From positions 105,588,001-105,652,000 of the forward strand of contig NC_086108.1 in assembly GCF_963921235.1 (NCBI RefSeq): DNA of 64,000 bases, read 5' to 3'. This stretch comes from Mobula hypostoma (Eukaryota). Shown here in pieces: positions 1-10,954 of the stretch (position 1 is the first letter of the stretch; each line of letters opens with the position of its first letter). The notes beneath the pieces are model-generated. The model did no database searches, was not told where the DNA came from, and worked only from the letters and a program-made list of their open reading frames with translations. The position numbers were made by a program, and so were the translations under genes.

Positions 1-54
1 AATATTGCGACAGACCTGGAGTAACAATCATTTTGTTCTCCTTTATGAGCACTG

Positions 55-345
55 AACCATCAACCATCAGACTCTTGAACAAGTGTGGATAACTTCACTC
101 ACCTCGACAATGAACTGATTCCACAACCCCTAGACTCGCTCCCAAGGGCTCTACCACTCATGTTCTCGGCATTATGTTTTTTTTGTATTTGCACAGACTT
201 TTGCACATTGGTTTTTGTCAGTCTTTGTTTAAGTGCAGTTTTCATTGATTCTATTGTGTGTCGTTGTTCTACGGTGAATGCCTGCAAGAAAATGAATATT
301 GGGGTGACATTATATATACTTTGATAACTTTACTTTGAATTTTAA
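55..345 (+). mobile_element. 3' end/UTR fragment of a Rex1/Babar-type LINE
   Basis: Similar to the sequence at about 23580-24020 (aaccatcagactcttgaacaagtgtggataacttcactcacctc...), which follows Rex-type coding sequence there. Confidence 0.55.
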
Positions 346-1386
346 ATCTTGAGTCCTACATCTTGAGGGGATGTCAATATTTGCAGGGTTAAACCTCCCC
401 ATCCTATCTTATTTAAAAGAGTCTTTTTCTCTGTCATCTTCTAAGTAATTCTCCAAGTCTCCGTGCAGAACAGTGCAACATATGCACACAGGCACTCAGG
501 AGGTGTTCATTTTATTGACTCATTTGTTAGAAAGAGATAGAATACACGTTTACGCCCTCTGGTCCGACTGGAATGATTAAATGCACGGTCTCCAAATGCA
601 CTTGGGGGCACACATGTAAGCTGGATCATTACTATCCTTGAACTTCATTCATTTAAAATGAAAATAATGTACAATCAGAGGGAAGTAATTATAACAATTT
701 TGTGAGGAATTATGTCAAGGCCAAAAAAATAATGATGTGGTCTCATTAAAGTTCTTCTTCACTGCAGTGGATTACTACATAGTAATGACATAACACATTC
801 CACAAGGAGTTCACACATTACTCTATCTCCAAGCCCCTTGTCTGACTAGAAACTTAAAAGGGAAAAAAGGTTAGAAGATGTGTTGTTGAGTGCTATTAGG
901 ATTTCAGATGCAATACCAAACCTGGCATTTAGTGAGAAATTAGATAATCTTTCAGAGAAGAATAGGAATGTGCTGGGATGTGAGAAAGGGACGTTGACAT
1001 CACTTCCCACTCTAATTAACCGAGCCTCACTTCAGTCAAAACTCACATTCAGATCATAGATAGATTGCAAACTGCCTTTTCCAAAAGCTCCCTTCTGCAA
1101 AGTGCTTTAAGGCTACTCAGACAAAAAAAAGAACACACCATCCTAAATGTTTCTTCCCCTGGACAGTTAATCTGATCAAGCATTCTAATTAGCCCCAACA
1201 CATCTAACTATTCACAATGCGCTGAAGGAACTCAGCAGGTCAGTCAGCATCAGTTGAAAAGATTAGTCGATGTTTCGGGCCGAAACCCTTTGTCAAGACT
1301 GAAGGAAGAACTTTGGGGAGGGTTTGAAGAATGCTGGTAGTTGAAAAAAACAGTAATTTGAAAGCCAAAGGGGTGGGGGAGACAGA

Positions 1387-1569
1387 CAGGATCTCCCGGT
1401 AGCCACCCACTTCAACTCTGCTTCCCATTCCCATTCAGATAGGTCCATACATGGCCTCCTCTACTGCCATGATGAGGCTAAACTCAGGTTGAAGGAGCAA
1501 CACCTCATATACCATCTAGGTAGTCTCCAGCCCCTTGGTATGAACATAGAATTCTCCAACTTCCAGTGA
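1387..1569 (+). pseudogene. C-terminal fragment of PLE ORF (GIY-YIG endonuclease tail)
   Basis: Translates without internal stops to QDLPVATHFNSASHSHSDRSIHGLLYCHDEAKLRLKEQHLIYHLGSLQPLGMNIEFSNFQ*, matching the PVAxHF...E..LI..L..L.P.G.N pattern of Penelope endonuclease ends. Confidence 0.8.
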
Positions 1570-1758
1570 TTCCCTCCCCCTCCCTTCCTCTATCCCTATT
1601 TTATATCACCTCCCTCATAGTTCCACCTCCTTCTACTACTTCGCATTGTTCTCCTGCCAATCACCTCCCTGCTTCCCCTCCCCCACCCCTTTGTCTTTAA
1701 AATTACTGTTTTTTTTCAACTACCAGCATTCTTCAAACCCTCCCCAAAGTTCTTCCTT

Positions 1759-1796
1759 CAGTCCTGACGAAGGGTTTCGGCCTGAAACGTCAACTA
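1759..1796 (+). ncRNA. Minimal type I hammerhead ribozyme motif in PLE terminal repeat
   Basis: CAGTC-CTGACGA-AGG-GTTTCGG-CCT-GAAA-C-GTC-AACTA: intact core, stem II AGG/CCT, GUC triplet; stem I partly mutated. Confidence 0.65.
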
Positions 1797-1996
1797 ATCT
1801 TTTCAACTGATGCTGACTGACCTGCTGGGTTCCTCCAGAGCATCGTGATTGTTCCTTTGACAACAGCATCTGCAGATTATTTTGTGTTTACCTCTATGAC
1901 CCCATCACCTCACTGTAGACACTTTAACTGACATTTTATACATTGCAAATACATAGTATACTGTAACTATATAGTATATACATTGATTTGTTTGTT

Positions 1997-2104
1997 TATC
2001 TATCTACCTATCTGTTTGTCTATCTATTTATCTGTCTATCTATCTATCTGTCTGTCTATCTATCTAACCATCTGTCTATCAATCTATCTGTCTATCTATC
2101 TATC
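1997..2104. repeat. (TCTA/TCTG)n microsatellite
   Basis: Directly visible tetranucleotide run. Confidence 0.95.
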
Positions 2105-2146
2105 CACTTGTGAATTTATTTATTTACTTACATACCTTCTTATTTT

Positions 2147-2497
2147 GGGTGGTGAGGTGGAGATACGTCTCTACCAAAGGAGGTGTAAGGTGCTTCTTCC
2201 CTCTGCTAGTTTGCAGGTCACTTTGGGGCATGCCCCCTATTCAGGGTCATGTGAGCCATGGGAGCAGTTGGTGGATTGCTGTATGAGTAGCTGGTGCCTA
2301 TCACAAGCCTTGGTATGTGACCACTGACACCAGGCAGACAAACTCTGAAGAGTATTGATAATGGCTGGGGTCACCCAACTTGTAAGGACACCGTCCAGAG
2401 AAGGCAATGGAAAACTACTTAGAAAAATTTGCCAAGGACAATCATAGTCATGAGACCATGATCGCCATGTCATGCGACATCACATATAGTGATAATG
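2147..2497 (+). mobile_element. Non-autonomous RTE-derived SINE-like element
   Basis: Contains the Bov-A/RTE-like motif gaaggcaatggaaaactactt...ttgccaaggacaatcat; a second copy lies on the minus strand at about 57605-57916. Confidence 0.55.
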
Positions 2498-2654
2498 ACC
2501 TACTTATTTACCTACTTATGTACATTCTATTCCATATCCATCCTCTAACTCTAACTTTATTAACATTTTATATAGAATTCTTTGTATTTTATTTAACTCT
2601 TTTTTTCTTCCACAGACCTTTATTCTCCTACTCCTCGGTCTAAATATATCACTA

Positions 2655-4265
2655 TGCAACAGGGTGTTGGACTTCCCAACAAACAGACCTCAGATAGTCA
2701 GGAAGTACAACCACACCTCATCATCCTCAACACGGGTGTCCCCTGGGTTGTCCGCTGAGCCCATTTCTGTACGCTCTGCTCACACATGACTGCACAGTCA
2801 AACATCTGAGTAATCACATCGACAGGTTTGCCGATGACACAACAGTGGAGGAACTTGCCACCAGCAATGATGAGGCAGTCTACAGAGAGGAGATGAAAGA
2901 GCTCAAGGAATGGTGTCAGGCGTATTACCTCTTCCTTAATGTCAACAAGACAAAGGGGATGGTTATCAACTTCAGGAGAGCCCACACCACTCACACCCCT
3001 CCTTACAAATGACACAGCAATGGAAACTGCAATGATTTTCAAACTCCTGGGGGTGCACATCACACACAACCTCTCATGGTCCCAGAACACATTCTATACA
3101 GTCAAGAAAGCTCAACAACATGTCTGCTTTCTGAGGAGGCTGAAGAGAGCTGGACTTTGCACATCTATACTCACGTCATTCTACAGATGTGCAGTAAAGA
3201 GCATCCTAGCAAGTCACATCACTGCATGGTACAGAAACTGCATTGCAGCAGACAAGAAAGCTCTACAACAGGTAGTTAAAATTGAGCAACGCATTACTGG
3301 CACCAGCCTACACACATTAAGAAGATATATACAGAAAGGTGCTGTAAAGGGGCCAGTAACATCATGAAGGATCCTATCCACCCTGCTCATGGACTACTTA
3401 TCCCACTCCCATGAGGGAGAAGGCTACGTAGGACCACCATACTCAAAAAGAGTTACTTTCTCCAAGTAGCAAAGCTGATCAACACCTCCACCCACTAACT
3501 CCAAACTACCTTATTATACACTATACTTTATACTTTATTGTCGCCAAACAATTGATACTAGAACGTGCAATTGTCACAGCGATATTTGATTCTGCGCTTC
3601 CTGCTCCCTGGAGTACAAATTGATAGTAAATATTAAAAATTTAAATTATAAATCATATATAGAAAATGGAAAGTAATGTAGTGCAAAAAAACCCCGAGAG
3701 GCAGGTCCGGATATTTGGAGGGCACGGCCCAGATCCGGATCAGGATCTGTTCAGCAGTCTTATCACAGTTGGAAAGAAGCTGTTCCCAAATCTGGCCATA
3801 CGAGTCTTCAAGCTCCTGAGCCTTCTCCCGGAGGGAAGAGGGATGAAAAGTGTGTTGGCTGGGTGGGTCGTGTCCTTGATTATCCTGGCAGCACTGCTCC
3901 GACAGCGTGCGGTGTAAAGTGAGTCCAAGGATGGAAGATTGGTTTGTGTGATGTGCTGCGCCGTGTTCGTGATCTTCTGCAGCTTCTTCTGGTCTTGGAC
4001 AGGACAACCTCCACACCAGGTTGTGATGCACCCTATTATTTCCAATCAGTTACGTTATCAGTCGCCGAGTGTCACTTTATGAATCTTTATGAAACATAAT
4101 AAATCTATGTTTATAAGCTATCTTATGTACTTATATTCACTGTGTTTCATTATTATTATTATGTTTATTATCTTTTGTGTTTCTGAGCTGCATTAGCTCC
4201 AGAGAAATAATTATTTCCATTCTGCTTTACACACGTGTACAGGAAATAACATTAAATAATCTTGA
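2655..4265 (+). mobile_element. Degraded Rex1/Babar LINE 3' half, interrupted by a younger insertion at 3518-4033
   Basis: RT remnants (FADDTTV; FKLLGVHITHNLSWS; FYRCAVKSILASHITAWY); the 3' UTR resumes at about 4040. Confidence 0.8.
3518..4033 (-). mobile_element. Young 5'-truncated Rex1/Babar-type LINE
   Basis: ORF 3740-4045(-) GCITTWCGG...LPSGRRLRSLKTRMARFGNSFFPTVIRLLN; (ATAAAGT)n tail; near-identical copy at 59335-60170; possible TSD tattat (3512-3517/4034-4039). Confidence 0.85.
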
Positions 4266-4775
4266 ATTCTTAATAATTGTTGAACGTTGTTGTTTTTTAT
4301 TGCATGTTGTATTCTCACCAACACATCACAGCAAATTCCTAACTCATGTAAATGTATATGGTATGTGCCTCAAATAGCCTCTGCAACCATGTCCAGCTCC
4401 TTGGCTTCACATGTGGCTTAGCTACTAAGCTCAGTGTATAATAAATATTTCTACTGACAGAAGGGGCAAAGGAGGGTTACTGATGCCTTAAAACCAGTCA
4501 CTTTGGGCAGATAAGTCTCATCAGCCGTGATTGGTAGCTCGTCTAGAGGAAGACTAGACCCACTCATGGAGAAGGCTTTGGGAGTAAACTCTGACAGGAA
4601 AATTCAGGATTGGATTCCCTAAGGCAGTCCTACGTTGAGTTCAACACTGACTGGCAACTCCTGCGACGCTGCTGGTGCCAACCTGTATCGGTCTCTGCTG
4701 TTTCTTCGAGTTCATCAGCTATATGGATAGGGGGAGCTTCCAACATAGGCAACAGCTTGTTCTCCAGATTGTACT

Positions 4776-5423
4776 GTAGCCATTCCCCTGAATAATAAGT
4801 TTACCGTCCTGGATACTTTTGGCGGGGACGACCAACCAGGTGTGAGCCATGGTAGCAGGGCCTCTGGCACTGAGTCTGACCCGGTGGTGCAGAAGCGTGG
4901 AACGGAGAAGAGGAGAGCTGTCATCATTGGAGACTCTATAGTCAGGGGAGAAGACAGGAGATTTTGTGGACGTGAGAAGGACACCCGCATGGTTTGTTGC
5001 CTCCCGGGTGCCAGGGTACGGGATGTCTCTGACCGGGTGCACGACATCCTGGTACAAGAGGGAAAGCAACCAGAAGTCGTGATACATGTTGGGACCAACG
5101 ACATAGGTAGGAAGAGGGATGGGGTCCTGAAGTGTGAGTTTTGGGAACTAGGCAGAAGGCTGAAGAACAGGACCTCAAGGGTGACGTTCTCAGGATTGCT
5201 GCCAGTGCTACGTGACAGTGATGGTAAGAATTGGAGGAGATGGCAGTTGAATGCGTGGCTGAGGATTTGGTGCAGGAAGCAGGGTTTTAGATTTTTGGAT
5301 CATTGGGATCTCTTCCGGGGAAGGTGGGACTTGTACAGATTGGATGGGTTGCACCTAAACTCGAGGGGGAGCAATATCCTTGCAGGTAGGTTTGCTAGCA
5401 TGGTTCGGGAGGGTTTAAACTAA
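4776..5423 (+). CDS. CR1 ORF1 C-terminal part, SGNH/GDSL esterase domain (5'-truncated)
   Basis: Motifs IIGDSIVRG, VIHVGTND and DGLHLN in one open frame. Confidence 0.85.
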   Translation, partial: VAIPLNNKFTVLDTFGGDDQPGVSHGSRASGTESDPVVQKRGTEKRRAVIIGDSIVRGEDRRFCGREKDTRMVCCLPGARVRDVSDRVHDILVQEGKQPEVVIHVGTNDIGRKRDGVLKCEFWELGRRLKNRTSRVTFSGLLPVLRDSDGKNWRRWQLNAWLRIWCRKQGFRFLDHWDLFRGRWDLYRLDGLHLNSRGSNILAGRFASMVREGLN

Positions 5424-8400
5424 TTTGCAAGGGGGATGGGACCCAGAGCGATAGAGCAGTGAAAGAAGTGCATGGAGTAAAGCCAGATCTAACATATAGA
5501 GAGGCTTTGAGGAAAGAGAAGCAGAATAAACGGTGTAAAGACAGTAAGGTAGAAGGGCTAAAATGTGTGTACTTCAAAGCAAGAAGCATCAGGAACAAAG
5601 GTGATGAACTGAGAGCTTGGATACATACATGGAATTATGATTTAGTGGCCATTACAGAGACTTGGCTGGCACCAGGACAGGAATGGATTCTCAACATTCC
5701 TGGATTTCAGTGCTTTAAAAGGGATAGAGAGGGCGGAAAAAGGGGAGGAGGGGTGGCATTACTGGTCAGGGATACTATTACAGCTACGGAAAGGGTGGGT
5801 AATGTAGCAGGATCCTCTTTTGAGTCAGTATGAGTGGAAGTCAGGAACAGGAAGGGAGCAGTTACGCTATTGGGGGTATTCTATAGGCCCCCTGGTAGCA
5901 GCAGAGGTACAGAGGAGCAGATTGGGAGGCAGATTTTGGAAAGGTGCAAAAATAACAGGGTTGTTATCATGGGTGACTTTAACTTCCCTAATATTGATTG
6001 GCACCTGATTAATTCCAAGGGTTTAGATGGGGCAGAGTTTACTAAGTGTGTCCAAGACAGATTCCTGTCACAGTATGTGGACAAGCCAACTAGGGGGAAT
6101 GCCATACTAGATCTAGTACCAGGTAATGAACCGGGTCAGATCACAGATCTCTCAGTGGGTGAGCATCTGGGGGACAGTGACCTGGCTTTTAGCATTATCA
6201 TGGAAAAGGATAGAATCAGACAGGACAGGAAAATTTTTAATTGGGGAAGGGCAAATTATGAGGCTAGAAGGCTAGAACTTGCGGGTGTGAATTGGGATGA
6301 TGTTTTTGCAAGGAAATGTACTATGGACATGTGATCGATGTTTAGAGATCTTTTGCAGGATGTTAGGGATAAATTTGTCCTGGTGAGGAAGATAAAGAAT
6401 GGTAGGGTGAAGGAACCATGGGTGACAAGTGAGGTGGAAAATCTAGTCAGGTGGAAGAAGGCAGCATACATAGGTTTAGGAAGCAAGGATCAGATAGGTC
6501 TATTGAGGAATATAGGGAAGCAAGAAAGGAGCTTAAGTAGGGGCTGAGAAGAGCAAGAAGCGGGCATGAGAAGGCCTTGGCGAGTAGAGTAAAGGAAAAC
6601 CCCAAGGCATTCTTCAATTATGTGAAGAAAAAAAGGATGACAAGAGTGAAGGTAGGACTGATTAGAGATAAAGGTGGGAAGATGTGCCAGGAGGCTGTGT
6701 AAGTGAGCAAGGTCCTCAATGAATACTTCTCTTCGATATTCACCAATGAGAGGGAACTTGATGATGGTAAGGACAATATGAGTGAGGTTGATGTTCTGGA
6801 GCATGTTGGTATTAAGGGAGAGGAGGTGTTGGAGTTGTTAAAATACATTAGGACGGATGAGGTTGATATTCTTGAGCATGTTGATACTAAGGGAGAGGAG
6901 GTGTTGGAGTTGTTAAAATACATTAGGACAGATAAGTCCCCGGGGTCTGACGGAATATTCCCCAGGCTGCTCCACGATGCGAGAGAAGAGATTGCTGAGC
7001 CTCTGGCTAGGATCTTTATGTCCTCGTTTTCCACGGGAATGGTACCGGAGGATTGGAGGGAGGCGAATGTTGTCCCCTTGTTCAAAAAAGGTAGTAGGGA
7101 TAGTCCAGGTAATTATAGACCAGTGGGCCCTACGTCTGTGGTGGGAAAACTGTTGGAAAAGATTCTTAGAGATAGGATCTCTGGGCATTTAGAGAATCAT
7201 GGTCTGATCAGGGACAGTCAGCATGGCTTTGTGAAGGGCAGATCGTGTCTAACAAGCCTGATAGAGTTCTTTGAGGAGGTGACCAGGCATATAGATGAGG
7301 GTAGTGCAGTGGATGTGATCTATATGGATTTTAGTAAGGCATTTGACAAGGTTCCACATGGTAGGCTTATTCAGAAAGTCAGAAGGCATGGGATCCAGGG
7401 AAGTTTGGCCAGGTGGATTCAGAATTGGCTTGCCTGCAGAAGGCAGATGGTCGTAGTGGAGGGAGTACATTCAGATTGGAGGATTGTGACTAGTGGTGTC
7501 CCACAAGGTTCTGTTCTGGGACCTCTACTTTTCGTGATTTTTATTAACGACCTGGATGTGGGGGTAGAAGGGTGGGTTGGCAAGTTTGCAGATGACACAA
7601 AGGTTGGTGGTGTTGTAGATATTGTAGAGGATTGTCAAAGATTGCAGAGAGACATTGATAGGATGCAGAAGTGGGCTGAGAAGTGGCAGATGGAGTTCAA
7701 CTCGGAGAAGTGCGAGGTGGTACACTTTGGAACGACAAACTCCAAGGCAGAGTACAAAGTAAATGGCAGAATATTTGGTAGTGTAGAGGAGCAGAGGGAT
7801 CTGGGGGTACATGTCCACAGATCCCTGAAAGTTGCCTCACATGTGGATAGGGTAGTTAAGAAAGCTTATGGGGTGTTAGCTTTCATAAGTCTAGGGACAG
7901 AGTTTAAGAGTCGCGATGTAATGATGCAGCTCTATAAAACTCTGCTTAGGCCACACTTAGAGTACTGTGTCCAATTCTGGTCACCTCACTATAGGAAGGA
8001 TGTGGAAGCATTGGAGAGGGTACAGTGGAGATTTAGCAGGATGCTGCCTGGTTTTGAGAGATTGCATTATGATCAGAGATTAAGGGAGCTAGGGCTTTAC
8101 TCTTTGGAGAGAAAGAGGCTGAGAGGAGACATAATAGAGGTGTACAAGATAATAAGAGGAATAGATAGAGTGGATAGCCAGTGCCTCCTCCCCAGGGCAC
8201 CACTGCTCAATACAAGTGTACATGGCTTTAAGGTAAGGGGTGGAAAGTTCAAGGGGGATATTAAAGGAAGGTTTTTTACTCAGAGAATGGTTGGTGCGTG
8301 GAATGCACTGCCTGAGTCAGTGGTGGAGGCAGATACACTAGTTAAGTTTAAGAGACTACTGGACAGGTATATGGAGGAATTTAAGGTGGGGGCTTATATG

Positions 8401-8475
8401 AGAGGCAGGGTTTGAGGGTCGGCACAACATTGTGGGCCGAAGGGCCTGTACTGTGCTGTATTATTCTATGTTCTA
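4777..8475 (+). mobile_element. CR1 LINE, near full length (truncated within ORF1)
   Basis: SGNH-esterase ORF1 plus APE-RT ORF2; (TTCTATG)n tail; TSD tgtactg at 4770-4776 and 8476-8482; splits an older non-autonomous element (about 4365-4776 and 8483-8545). Confidence 0.95.
5459..8415 (+). pseudogene. CR1 ORF2 (AP endonuclease + reverse transcriptase), disrupted
   Basis: ITETW, YRPP, MGDFNFP, KSPGSDG, DFSKAFDKVPH, GVPQGSVLGP and KFADD motifs; stops near 5831, 6332, 6545 and 6700; RT segment 6703-8415 is open. Confidence 0.92.
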
Positions 8476-8924
8476 TGTACTGCTCTGACTTGTGTATCTA
8501 GGCAGTTGGGATACAATATCCATGGTCAACCATGACCAACAGGGGCCTTATTTATGGTGAATAAAGTTAATTCTTGATCCATGATTTCTGATCTGTTTTG
8601 AAAACAAGGTACCTTCTCAACTTGAAGTTGCTGTGAAGAAGAATTATCTTGTAGTCAACACCCAATTCCAAAGAAGTGTTGTCACCTATACTCACACTCC
8701 AACCCCTCTACCTTATCAATTCTGGGACTTTGTAGTAGTAGAGAAAGTCTGAGAGATGGTTGGGCAGGGGTCCTGGAGACAGAGAAAGTTGTCCAGGAAA
8801 GGTTGGGTGTATCTCCTTAGAGAAGTGGAGATGAAGGAGAGTTATAGCTTTCTTTGAAATTGGAGTTAACAGTGAATTTCAATCTTGTTGGTTTTTAAAG
8901 GGCATTTCTCTAAAACATTATTAA

Positions 8925-9685
8925 TAGAACCATGGAACCATAGAACCACAGAAACTACAGCACAGAAACAGGCCTTTTGGCCCTTCTTGGCTGTGCCGAA
9001 CCACTCTCTGCCTAGTCCCACTGACCTGCACATGGACCATATCCCTCCATACACCTCCCATCCACGTATCTGTCCAATTTATTCTTAAATGTTAAAAAAG
9101 AACTCGCATTTACCACCTCGTCTGGCAGCTCATTCCACACTCCCACCACTCTCTGTGTGAAGAAGCCCCCCCTAATGTTCCCTTTAAACTTTTCCCCCTT
9201 CACCCTTAACCCATGTCCTCTGATTTTTTTCTCCCCTTGCCTCAGTGGAAAAAGCCTGCTTGCATTCACTCTATCTATACCCATCATAATTTTATATACC
9301 TCTATCAAATCTCCCCTCATTCTTCTACGCTCCAGGCAATAAAGTCCTAACCTATTCAACCTTTCTCTGTAACTGAGTTTCTCAAGTCCGGCGACATCCT
9401 TGTAAACCTTCTCTGCACTCTTTCAACCTTATTTATATCCTTCCTGTAATTTGGTGACCAAAACTGAACACAATACTCCAGATTCAGCCTCACCAATGCC
9501 TTATACAACTTCATCATAACATTCCAGCTCTTATACTCAATACTTTGATTAATAAAGGCCAATGTACCAAAAGCTCTCTTTACGACCCTATCTACCTGTG
9601 ACGCCACTTTTAGGGAATTTTGTATCTGTATTCCCAGATCCCTTTGTTCCACTGCACTCCTCAGTGCCTTACCATTAACCCTGTA
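8925..9685 (-). mobile_element. 5'-truncated CR1 LINE
   Basis: ORFs 9356-9652(-) and 9012-9359(-) give the CR1 ORF2 C-terminus (LEYCVQFWSP; RRRMRGDLIEVYKIM); (TTCTATGG)-type tail near 8925-8955. Confidence 0.9.
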
Positions 9686-10954
9686 CTCAGGTTGAAGCCA
9701 TTACAGCAAGGACAGCAGTAATTGTCCAACTCAAAATGCCGTTGAGAAATTAGTGGTACATTGTCATCTTGAACTACTACAGTGTTTCTGGTGAACATGT
9801 TCCCACAGTGCTGTTGGAGAGAGGCTTCTGGAAACTGCAGAGATCAATGGCTTTGCCCATTACATCCGAGGCATATCCCTTCCCACTGTCAGTAGTATCT
9901 ACAGGAGCCACTGCCTCAAGAAACAACATCCATTATCAAAGATCCCCACCATCAGGGCCATGGCACCTTCTCGCATCTACTATCTGGCAAGAGGTACAGT
10001 AGCTTGAAATCCCACACCACCAGTTTCAGGAACTTCCACTTCCCACTCAGATCTTGAACAAAATGGACAAACCCTAATCACTACAGTCTAGCAACACCAT
10101 GAACAATTTACACTAAAATAGACTTATTTTGTCCAAATTGCATTCTCTCCTGTAAAAAATTATGTATGATTTAATCTACATTTATCTCGTGAGTGCTGTT
10201 AATATGACGCTATGTGCCCGCAATGCTGCTGCAAGTAAGGTTTTCTTTGCATCCATATACTTATGCATATGACAATAAACTTGACTTTGACTTTTTGACA
10301 GAGACCCAGTAATGATGGATGAATGTGTATGCGTTCATAATGTTATGGGGTGACTACGTCCATGCACACCCAGAATTTTAGATGATTCTCTGAAGCCTGT
10401 GTGCCGTAATGAGCATAGACTTCTGAGCAATTTACATGGAATAAGAGAGAAATTGCCTCCATCAGTCAGAAGATCATCAAGAAATGAGAGTGCAGATTTA
10501 AGATAATCAGCAAATGTGCCAGAAGAGTAGAGATGAGTGATTTCCTTTCTAATAATCTGCAAGGGGAGCTGCAAAGACATTTAATAGTAACGGGCAGATG
10601 GGAATTGAATTCTGACGTGGATGGTCCCAAGCCTGTCTGTGAAAGGAGGAGGGTTGGGCTTGGGCTAGCAGTCCCAACCCGGTTAAAAACCCAGAGCTAC
10701 AGAAATGCCAATAGAATCTCCAAAGATCTCATCCCTGCAAGAGGACGGATCTTCGCTCAGGAGATGTACTTTAAATTTACATAGTTTCTGTATGTATTGC
10801 ACTGAACTGCTGCCACAAACCAACAAATTTCATGAGATATGACAGTGATATATGGTACCCATGGTAACATAGTGGTTAGCACAGTGCTTTACAGTACTGG
10901 CAAAACGAGTTCAATTTCCACCGCTGACTGTAAGGAGTTTATATGTTCTAATTA

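Larger units (their letters stand above)
1212..1890. mobile_element. Penelope-like element (PLE) 3' fragment with an inverted copy of its terminal repeat
   Basis: About 1212-1380 is the near-identical reverse complement of about 1679-1848. The spacer encodes a PLE GIY-YIG C-terminal segment, and the repeat contains a hammerhead core. Confidence 0.85.

Noticed and set aside
2147..2240. Possible HDV-like ribozyme at the head of the RTE-derived element
   Set aside because: I could not assign a convincing P1/P1.1/P2/P3 double pseudoknot by eye.
1983..2327. 114-aa ORF with repeated IYLS
   Set aside because: Translation of a TCTA microsatellite running into a SINE-like repeat.
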